64,000 bases of DNA from Geosiphon pyriformis uo1. Its lineage: Eukaryota; Fungi; Glomeromycota. Shown piece by piece: positions 1-10,099 of the stretch; positions within the stretch are counted from its first letter, which is position 1, and each line of letters begins with the position of its first letter. The DNA lies in assembly GCA_016748015.1 (NCBI GenBank), contig JAAOMT010000659.1, positions 246,806 to 310,805 on the forward strand, given 5' to 3'. Under the pieces are notes generated by a model that was not told the DNA's origin, did no database searches, and saw nothing but the letters and a program-made list of their open reading frames with translations. The position numbers were made by a program, and so were the translations under genes.

Positions 1-530
1 AGATTTTGTAGAATATTTTCACAAGTATTAAACAAATCATAGAGTCTAAAAGCTGCTCTAAGTTTGTAGCGAGTGTTTGTTGGTCCAGCTGCTGTTTTGA
101 ATTCATTATGAATTTGTTTTTGTATAGCTTTAGGAGTGAGATTTGTTGTTTTAAGTTCCAGTTTTCGTTTATAAAGTGTCTTTCCAATGTAAAAGTATTT
201 ATAGATAAGAGTGTGTTCATTGTTCTGTTTATTGAGAAGTAGTAGAAGTTTTTGTTGTATTGTAGTATTTGATGGAATGTTAATAGGGGCAATTAAAAAA
301 TTTTCTTCCAGTGCTTGCTTCAAAAGTCTTGGTAACCTATTTTCAGAGTGACTTCTTGTTTTTTTTCTATAGAGGTGATAGTTCTGTAAATGATTTACTA
401 CTGGGGCTGTGGTTTCTTTCTGAATGTAATTAATTTGACTTCCATTAATCGTTATGGATAAGTCAGGAAGTGTTTTTAAGGCTAACATTAACTTTTGGAA
501 TATTTGTTGAATATTTTGGGGAATAATCAT
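1..530 (-). CDS. Element A ORF3 downstream of integrase, unknown function; open for 176 codons to the window edge
   Basis: Hand translation from ATG 530: MIIPQNIQQIFQKLMLALKTLPDLSITINGSQI...YKYFYIGKTLYKRK...RAAFRLYDLFNTCENILQN, with no stop. Absent from the ORF track, probably because its stop lies outside the window. Confidence 0.8.
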   Translation of the reverse strand, partial: MIIPQNIQQIFQKLMLALKTLPDLSITINGSQINYIQKETTAPVVNHLQNYHLYRKKTRSHSENRLPRLLKQALEENFLIAPINIPSNTTIQQKLLLLLNKQNNEHTLIYKYFYIGKTLYKRKLELKTTNLTPKAIQKQIHNEFKTAAGPTNTRYKLRAAFRLYDLFNTCENILQN

Positions 531-675
531 GATAAAATTAACTAATTATGAAAAGAGAGAATAAAGAAAATTATTTTTGGATATGTGGTTTTTATTTGTT
601 TTTGGGTTTGAGTGTTTTTTGTAATTATTTACTATTTTTTGTCTTTGTGTTTTTATTAAAGAATTATTGTAAAAT

Positions 676-3600
676 TTAAGTGTTCAAGTTTGGTTGTTGT
701 TCTATAATAATTATTGGTTCTAAATTTTGGAGAATATCTTCAGGATTAATTAAAGGAGAATGTGTACCAATTTGTGGAATTAATGTTTCATGATTGTTTC
801 TGGAATAATAGTGTTTCAATCTGTCTCCATGTGTAATTTTTGCTAGTATTTTATCATCAAGTCTTAACTTGTATGATCTATTGCCTAGAATTTCGTGAAT
901 ATAAAATGGTCTATCCCATTTGTTTTCAAATTTTCCACTCCATTGTTTTTCAGCCTTAGTTCTGTGTAAGAGAACTTTATTTCCAACTTTAAATTCATTG
1001 ATAATGAGTGGTAATTTGTTGTCATGTCTTTTCTTTTTGTTAAGCTTGGAAATGTTCAATGTGAGTTGCTGCTATCCTTTTTTTTCCTTCCAATATACTG
1101 AGAAGAGTGTAAGCCCTTTTTTGGAGTGTTTTTTGAAAGTTTTCTTCATTGATAGGTTGCACTGAATATGTTTCTACTGTGAAATTAATTGGTAATGTTG
1201 CTGTCCTTCCATAAGTAAAATCAAATGGTGTGTGTTTCATAGTATCTTGTTTTAGTGTTCTGTATGCTAGTAACACTGATGAAATAAAGATATTCTATTC
1301 CTGTTCAAAGTCTGTTGAGACTTTGGCTAGAGATTCACACAATGTTCTGTTGAAATGTTCTACAAGTCCATTTGTTTAAGAGTAATAGGGTGATAATAGA
1401 GGTCTTTTGACATTGAATTATTCACAAATTTCTTGTATCAAGTTGTTCACAAAATGTGTTCCTTGATCAGATAAGAGTTCAATTGGACATTCATGTCTAC
1501 AAATAATGTCTTCATAAATGAAATTTGCTACTGATTTTGCATCTGCTCTTTGGATGACTCTAGCTTTAGGCCATTTGGTAAAATAATCTACTGCTACTGC
1601 AATATAGCAATTTCCTTGGGTTGTGATAGATAATGGTCTGACTAAATCAATTCCAACTCTGTCAAATAGTTGTCCAACTTTGATTGGATTTAAAGGTTTT
1701 GTGGGGCGAGTTCCTTCTTTTCTTTGACAACTATCACAAGATTCTATATATTGTCAAATGTCTTTTTGCATGTGAGACCAAAAATAATGTTCAAGAGTTT
1801 TTTGAATTGTTTCATCTCTTCTCAAGTATGCTAAAGACAGATCTGTGTGCATGTTATATAAAATTGTTTCTTTTTCATTTTTCTGTACTAATCTGAGTAG
1901 TTGATTTGGGTTTTTATGATTTTTGTAATAGATTTTGTTGTGGTGTATAAAATATTGTTTGGATTAGTGTTGTAATCAATGTTTTTTACTTGGAAACCAA
2001 TTTTTTGGCATGGTGAGAGTCTCCAAATAGTTTTTGATGTTGTAGTTTTCTGAATCCATTGTTGTTGATTTTGTTGTTTGTTCTGCTGTTAAGTTTGTTG
2101 GTGTTTTGTTGGTGTTGATGTTGGTATTAATATTGTCTCATTCTTGAGAGGCTATCAACATTGGTGTGTAGTTTTCCTGGTTTGTGATGTACAATGTATC
2201 TGTAGTCTACTAGGAAGTCATTCCATTGAGACTGTTTGGCATTTTGTTCAGTTTTCTTTTTATTAAGTCATTTGAAGCCAATATTGTCAGTTATTATGTT
2301 AAATTCTTTTCCATTCTTCAGGTATTGTTGAAAGTATTTGAGAGCCCAGATGACTGCAGTGGCTTCTAGTTCAGTTGAGCCATATTTGAGTTCTGTTGGC
2401 TTGAGTGTTCTGTTAGCATAGGCGATAACTTGTTCCTGGCCATTTTCATCCAATTGTGATAAGATAGCACCAAATGCTATGTGTGAAGCATTAGTGGCTA
2501 ATTAAAATCGTTTGTTGAAGTCTGGGTAAGCAAGAACTGGGGCTGTTGTCAATTTTGTTTTGAGAGTTTCAAAAGCTTTTTGTTGTTCTTCAGTCCATTT
2601 GTATGGTACATTTTTGTTGGTAAGATAATTGAGTGGTTTGGCAATTTCTGAGAATTCTTTTATAAATTTTTGATAGTAAGAGACTAATTCTACAAATCCT
2701 CGTAGTTCTGTGGTATTTCTGGGAGTTTGAAAGTTTTTGACAGCACTGATTGTTCCAGAATTTGGTTTGACTCCATCTTTGCTAACAATGTGTCTGAGAA
2801 AGATTAAGCTTGTTTTTCCAAAGTAACATTTTTCAATGTTTAACTTCAATCTTGCTTTCCGTAATCATTGAAAAACTTCTTGCAGGTGAATAAGATGAGT
2901 CTTAAAGCTTGGTGAGTATACATTAGTGTTATCAAGATAGACAATTACTAATTGCCACAAGAGTCTTTCATATATAACATCCATGAGTTGCTAGAATGTT
3001 GCTGGTGTATTGCAGAGTTCAAAAGGCATAATATTAAACTCATAGTTTTCTCCCTGGGTGGTAAATGCTGTTTTGGGTCAGTCTTTTGAGTCTATTTCGA
3101 CTTGTCAGTATCCACTTTCCAAGTCTAAAGTTGAAAAAAACTTGGCTTTTCTTAGAGCATCTAGCATGTCATCAATTCTTAGAAAAGAGTAGGCATCTTC
3201 AATTGTCACACTGTTCAATTGGCGATAGTCAACACAAAATCTGATTTTTCAATTTTTTTTTTAACAAGGACTACTGATAAGACCCAAAGACTTCTTGATG
3301 GTTGAATCAATTTATTATTGAGCATTTTTTGGACTTCTTTTCTGATGAATTGGTGGCTGGCAAGTGGCACTCTGTAAGCTTGCTGACATTTTGGTGAAGC
3401 ATCTCCTGTATGGATCTGATGTTGAACCATATTCGTTTTTCCTAGGTCATTGTTGTCTTTTGCAAATATATCTGCAAATTCAGCTATCAATTGTTTTAAT
3501 TGTCTTTGTTGTTGAGATTCTAAGAGACCCATGTTGATTTGAGAGAGTTTTTCTTCCAAAAAATGGTAGTTTTCAGTAATAGAAATGATATTTGGATTTG

Positions 3601-5720
3601 GGAGTAGAGTGTGCCTTACAATTTCGATGAAATTAGAAACAATTTGAGAGTTTTCATCTTGAAAAATATTGCTGTGTATGATTCCAATCTCTAGTTTGTT
3701 TAATAAGACAATAGGGTAATTATTGGGGTTGTAGAATATAACTTGAAATTTTTTCATTCCTTTGGGAATATAGACATTTGGAATTGAGATTTTATGCTTC
3801 AAACAGATTTGTTCATTGGATTCAAAGATTTGTTATGTAGTGATGGGTTTTGAGCAAGTGTAAATTTTGTAATGTTCTCTAAAAGGTGAAATAGTAATTG
3901 GCTAGGAAAGTTGAAGAATCTGGTGAGATTCATTTTGTGTATTAAGAGCTATGTTTACTGGAACTGTAAATCATCCAGTTGAACCAAAACTTTGAGTTCT
4001 TCTTTCACTTTTTCCCAATGGTTCTCTGTTGTTTACTGATTGTAAACCCGAAATGTTGATTAAGAGTAAATAAATTGCTTGAGCAATTTTTTCAGCATGT
4101 TCAATTTTGAATGGTTTGTCTGTCTTATTTTGTAACATAATGGTAATGTCTCCAGTGTATCCTGCATCTATAACTCCTCCTCTAATATTGATTCCTTTGC
4201 TTGCCAATGATAATCTGGAGGCAATTTGAACCATTGCTTTTGGTGGTATTTCAAGAGCAATTTTAAGATTGATTTTTGTCAAGGACTTTGGTTGGAGAAC
4301 CAAAGTATCTTTTTCTGGGTATCTTAGGTCATATCCAGTATCAATTTCGTGTGATTTTTCTGGTCTGATTCCTTGGCCATGGTTGTCAAAATATTTAAGT
4401 TGTAAAGATGGTTGCTTTTTAAAAAGATAGATGGGAGTGGTTGGTAGTTCTTTTACTAGTTCAAATACTCCAAATTCGATTTCATTTTCATCATTCTCAT
4501 CTGGCAGAGGAATGCTAAAAGCATAACATTCTAAACACCATTGGTCATTACAAGGCATAACACATTCTTCACACAATTGAATGTTCATTTGCTCTAATTG
4601 TTGAATTTGAGCTTCTTTGGTCAGATATATGTGGCTTGCAATTTGATGGTAGATTTCTACTTCATCTTCATAATCAAATCCAGCTAATTCCATGGTATAC
4701 TCAATGTATTCAGCTTCTTTCATTTGGCGAACATCTTCTTGGGTGGCTTCATTGATCAATGTCATTGTTAGGTCAAAAATTATTTCAGTATCATGAGGGT
4801 AGTAGTAAAGTTTATTGAGAGCACTGTTGTATGCTGCATCAAATAGTGTTCCTTTTCTGACTTTTTCCGAAATTGATAGAGCATATTAACAGGTTTGATT
4901 ACATATTCTTCCTCTCATTGCAACATCAATCCAGTTGTATTCTTCTGATAACATATCTCCACATGTAAGGTAAGGTGTGTTGTCCCATTTTCCACTTCTT
5001 TTTGGAGATCCAAATCGTTCTCTATGGCATGCTTTGTAAAAGTAACAGGTACGAGTTTCATATTCCTCTTTTGGAGAAATACATGCTCTCATTAATGAAA
5101 GTTTCTTGTTGCAATCTTTGCATTTGAGTAGAATATAGGGTGGTTGTTTCTGTAGTTCTGGTGTAGAATATCTAACTTTCTTCCATCCTCTTGATTCTTC
5201 AAAAATCTCCTGTTCTGTTTCTTCAGCCCAATTGGATGTTGATCCAAGAGCCATGTAGGTTTCAGTAAGTGGCATTTCTTTTTCCTCTTCAAATTCAAAT
5301 ACTGGGGCTTTTTCTGATCATTTGTTAAAAGTACCACAAGTAGCAGGTACTATAGTATATTGTCCTTGGTATGAGATTTTTAGTTCTTGAGTTTTCCAAT
5401 CTAAGTTTGCATTGGCTTTAAGAAGCCAATCATTTTCGACCAGAGCTTAGTATTGGAGTGCATCCATGACTAGCACTTTGACTGGAATGGTGATTCCATC
5501 AATGGTAAATAAAAAATTGTTAATTTTTCCTACTGGTGTTTTCTTCATACCATCTGCTGTAACAATTACAGTTTGAACTGGTCTGTCAACAGTTCTTTGA
5601 AGCTGTTGCATTAGCTGGTAAGTGATAATACTTCCAGTTAATCCACTGTCTAGAATTAATTGGATGGGTTTTTCTTCAACTGTAGCTTCAGTGTACATGG
5701 CAGTAATAACTTTTTGTTCA
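676..5720 (-). pseudogene. Element A pol (PR, Cys-rich module, dUTPase, RT, RNase H, integrase), broken by stops and frameshifts
   Basis: ORF fragments 5447-5908 (LILDSG), 3971-4765, 3215-3802, 2502-2849 (RT thumb), 2268-2453 (RNase H: VIAYANRTL, ELEATAVIWAL), 1040-1276 and 676-1059 (integrase). Confidence 0.93.
3971..4380 (-). pseudogene. dUTPase domain within element A pol
   Basis: All five trimeric dUTPase motifs in order: DTGYDL, IASRLSLA, GGVIDAGYTG, EKIAQAI, RRTQSFGSTG. Confidence 0.92.
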
Positions 5721-5939
5721 TTAGCTGCTGCATTACTAAGCAAGAATGATAATTCATTTGCTTTAAATTCGAATGAGAATATATCTAAGAGGTTGGCGTT
5801 TTGAGCAATTTGAGCTAGTAGAATGGTATGGTTGGAAAAGTTTGTTTTTAGTACTGCAGTTTTACCTTCAGAAAGTGCAGTTTGTTGAAAATTTGATTCT
5901 TCAGTCATTGTTAAATAACTGGATTGAGTGTGAAAGTAA

Positions 5940-7750
5940 TTTGGTCTTTGCTGACCAGAATTTCAGAAAACTAATTGGTTATTTGGGTTGATTCTATTGT
6001 TGTTATTCTGAAATTGATTTTGAAGTGTGAATTGGTTATGTTGAACCAATCTTCTGGCTGGTACTTGATATTGTTAAGTGGGTTGTATCTAATATTGCTG
6101 AATTGGTAAAGATTGCTAATATTGTTGCTGCATTGGTTGTGGAGCTGGTTGATAATAATTGTTTTGATTTTGGAGTCTTGGTGAATAATAAGTGGATAGT
6201 AGAGGTTGGTAATAAGATTGTTGTGGTGAAAAATAACGTTGATTACTCTTATTTTGTTGGTCTCTTTGCAATTTTTTGCAATCTTGTTTCCAATGTCCTG
6301 GAATTCCACAATAATAACAATTTTGAGGTTGGTTGTTAGATGGTGATCCAAAGTTGTTTTGATTGCGTCATTGTGGGGGTTGATATTTTTGTGGTTGTTG
6401 CTGCTGTTGTTGTTGGTTTGTAAAATAGCTTTCAACTTTCTTTGTGAGTTGGTCTATTTTCTCTTCAGCTGCTGAGCTGGTTTCTCCAATTGCAAGGTTT
6501 ACAAGCTTGGTGTGATTTGCTTCTTCCATTGCCATTTTATAGCTCTTTGCATGTCTAATGGCAGTTGCTAAGTCTGCTGGAGCATGTGGGTGGACTTTCT
6601 TAATCAGTTTGTCTTTTAATTCTGCTATAAACTAATCTAGAATTTGAGCATCAGAATAGTAGTCATTGGTTTCCAATTGTCAAATTTGTCTGAAAAGTTT
6701 GTTGAATCTTCCAAGATAGGTTATAACAGTTTCAGATGTTTCTTGCTTGATATTGTGAAAATGGTTTCTGAGAGTGATAGAAGTGTTGTTGTTGGTAAAT
6801 TGTTGTAAGAAAGCATCTTTGAATGCTTGCCAGTTCTCAAATGGTTCTTTTAAATTTTCAAACCATTCTCTTGCTGTTTCTTGGAGAAAGTATGGAATTG
6901 CTTTGAGCATTCTTGCTGCAATCTAACCATTTGCATCTCCTGCTTTTTGAACTTTGTCGAGCTATTCTTGAAGACTGGTATTATTATCTTCACCCATGAA
7001 TTCTGGAATCTTTGCAATATAAGCAGTTGCCATTTTCTCTTCATTTTCTATGGCTTCTTTTTGTTCTGATTCAGTTTCTTCACTTTCCAAATTTTCTGAA
7101 TGATCACTTTCATTTTCCTGCAAGTATTCAAGAATATTGGTGCTTGTTAATATCGGTTCCTGCTGTTGAATAGGATTTCTAAGTGACTGAAAATCTTCTG
7201 GTCTGGAGAAATGGTTAAGTAATGAATTTGGTATTTGTGGTCGAACAAGTAAAATTGGAAATGGTGTAATAAAAAGTGGTAATTTGACACTGGTTCTTTG
7301 TTTAGGTGTTTGCAAGTGTTTGGCAGTTGTCTTTGGTAGTATTGGAGTGTTTAGAGCAGTTTTTGAGTGTTGTTTCACTTTTTGTTTGCTTTTGTTGCCT
7401 GTTTCTGTTTCTGATTCAAAGTTAAAAGAGTATTTAGACTGTGCTGGGTATTTTTTTTCACAATACTTGATAATGTTGTAATTGAGTTCTTGAAAGTAGA
7501 TGACAAGTGTTTCACTGTTAAGGTCTTTAGTTCCCAATCATGAATAGTGTACTAAATTATTGTAGAGATTGCTTCTTACTTCTGAAATGTTGTAATTTCC
7601 AAGAAGATAATTGTTGATATGGTTTTTAATATATTGGTAGAGTGTTCTTTCAACAATTTCAATTCCGTCTGGGATGTTGAATCTCTGCTTGTAATGAGTG
7701 TAAATTGACTTATAATACTCTAGAGTTGTTGTGTCTGGTGTGGTTGCCAC
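5940..7750 (-). pseudogene. Element A gag (long N-terminal extension, capsid, CCHC knuckle)
   Basis: MATAYIAKIPEFMGED...MLKAIPYFLQETAREWFENL retrotransposon capsid; knuckle at 6278-6319. Confidence 0.85.
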
Positions 7751-7777
7751 TTTAAAGTTTGTTGTTTGCTGTGTTAT

Positions 7778-7795
7778 TTCTGTGGGAGAGCACCA
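7778..7795 (-). other. Primer-binding site of element A (TGGTGCTCTCCCACAGAA)
   Basis: Begins with TGG, 2 nt inside the LTR end. The priming tRNA was not identified. Confidence 0.7.
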
Positions 7796-7797
7796 AA

Positions 7798-8735
7798 TAT
7801 TACTGGAGGTTTTTGGTCTCTTTTTTTAAATGTTGTAAATGTCTGTTGGTTGCAAATTCACGTTTTCTAAAAGTAGTTGAACCTCCAATAACTGAATTTA
7901 TCTTCAAATTATCTTTTATAATTTGAACTTGCTGGGCTTATAAGTGAAATGGCCAATTCTTTGCCAGTTACTTTATGTAGTTATGTTGTAGTAAATGTCA
8001 ACTCTTTTCCAGGAATTGCTCATCTGGAAGCTCACTAAAATGTGTAGTTATTTTGCTGTGAAAGTCATCTCTTTTACAGAAATCTCGTCTGTAAACTACC
8101 CTAATAATTATAATAAAAAAATAAAAGAAATGTAAAAGAAAATGAATTCTGTCAAGGGGAACGTTTTCTATCCAGACCTGAGTCACTAACAGTTTACTGA
8201 AATTGGTAACTAATTAATTTCAAAACGTTAGTTGGGTTTTGGGGATTTTCCAAGTGCAATAATTAAAGAATTTGGCTTTTTAAATTATTTGGTATTTATT
8301 TTTTTTTGTGTGTGTAAGAATGGTTCTAAGTGATAAATCTAAAGTAAGATACATTTTCTTGAAAAAAAAAGCTCTTCTTTTATACAACTTGTTGTAGTAC
8401 TAGTCTATAAACTTGCACTTTTTCTTTTTGCTCAAATTTTGGTAAACTAAAGATACATTTTGATAGACTACAAGTTATTTTGCTGAACTATTGATTAATT
8501 TGAGTGAACTATTCATAATTTCGGCAAATTTTTGAATGTTACAAAGTTCAGAGTATTGTGTAATTTGATCATTTTACTTTTTGTTATACTAATTGGATTA
8601 TTTAATTGAATCATGATATGTGATAATTGATTAAATAATAAATGATAATTTGAAATGATATTAATATATTAATTAATTATAGGAATTATAAGGGTAATTT
8701 TATGCTAATTAATAGCTAAAATTCTACTGGTAACA
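7798..8735 (-). repeat. 5' LTR of element A (938 bp)
   Basis: Reverse-complement match to the solo LTR at 21859-22836. Minus-strand ends are TGTTACCAG ... CCAGTAATA (decayed TAACA). Confidence 0.92.
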
Positions 8736-9790
8736 ATGCTAATAAGCTGGCTAATTTAGCTTTGTATTTGAATTTAGTGCTTCTTGTTTTGGTCAAAAAA
8801 AAATTTATTAAGACTAGTAAGATGGTGATATCTGAGAATATTTGGTATTTTATTTGTAGAGTTTTTAAGACTGTCTATTATGCTTATTAAGAAGTTGGGT
8901 CTGAATTTAATGTTGTTAATAAAAACATAATTGGAAATATGGATTGGATTCAGATCTTTTCTGTTTGATACTTTGACTTTCATATATTAGCTGGTTTTAC
9001 TAATAAATCTATTGTTTGTTTATAATCATATTTTATGAAGACTTTATACTGCTATTTACTGGTCACTGTTCAAAAGCATTTGTATAATTAGAAGTATCTT
9101 AGTGTATCATGTTTTTATTGTGAAAAAATAAAGAGTTTTAATTATTTTTTTACATATCTGATAAATTCTGTTGCTTATAAAGATCTACTTTAGTCATATT
9201 TGGCTCAGTGAAATACTATGTTAAGCTTGAACTTGCTATTATTTTATGTTTTATAAATGCTTTCTTTGTGTGTTTCTAATGTTACTGTATATATTGCTTT
9301 GTGTAAAAATTTTGTGTTCAAGAAATAGTACTCAAAGACTGTATTTGTTTTTAATAATGTTAAGATTGCTAATGCTAAAGTTGTCAACTTTGTGTAAAGC
9401 TTAAAGTTGGCTCATTAGACTGAAATTTGGATAGTAAAAGTTAAGTATAAAGCATTTATGGAGAAACAAGATTTAGTTGTATATGGTAGTTTGGTGTTTT
9501 TTGAGATCTATAATCTGTTAACTTTACTTTCTAATAGTATTGTTAAGTTGCTTAAAATTGTTAAAACATTTGGTATTAGCTTTGGCTTTTATAAGCTTTA
9601 TTGTTTTTTTTTTAGTACTAATAATATAGTGTCTGTTAAAATAGATTTATAGTGTTGTTCTGATTGGCCTAAATAACTGGTTATATATAAAAAATACATG
9701 ATTTATACTTAGTTTAGATTACTTAGTTTGATATATTATACTAAGTGATATTTGGATTTTACTCATTAAGCATAATAAAAAAAAACAATA
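8736..9790 (+). mobile_element. Old LINE 3' remnant (end of RNase H, Zn-finger, 3' UTR, A-rich tail); target of element A
   Basis: Starts with ANKLANLA (RNase H end) immediately after the LTR; degraded GFT...YFMK...CFYC motifs; 3' UTR resembles 35524-35660. Confidence 0.75.
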
Positions 9791-10099
9791 AAAAAATATA
9801 AATAAAGAAATTACCAAAAATTTAAAAATAAAAACAAATAAAACTAATAAGTTTAATTTAAATAATAATATTTAAAAAAATCTAAAAAACAAACTTCATA
9901 TAAAACAATTTTATATTGTTTTTAAAAACCAATTTTAAATTAATAAAACTACATATAAATTAAAAAACAGTTTTAATATAAGCCAATTTAATTTTAAAAA
10001 ACACTAAGCACCAAAATAAATATTATTTACTTAAAAATTTTTTAATAATTAATTCACAGATTGGATATCACTTGGTTTAAATAATCAACAAATGATAAA

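Larger units (their letters stand above)
1..8735 (-). mobile_element. Ty3/gypsy LTR retrotransposon A (decayed; 3' end runs off the window): LTR-PBS-gag-PR-Cys-rich-dUTPase-RT-RNaseH-INT-ORF3
   Basis: Minus-strand fragments in Ty3 order: CCHC knuckle CYYCGIPGHWKQDC (6278-6319), protease LILDSG, dUTPase motifs, RT YLD(N), RNase H, and integrase with a GPF-like C-terminus. 5' LTR and PBS are present. Many in-frame stops. Confidence 0.95.
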
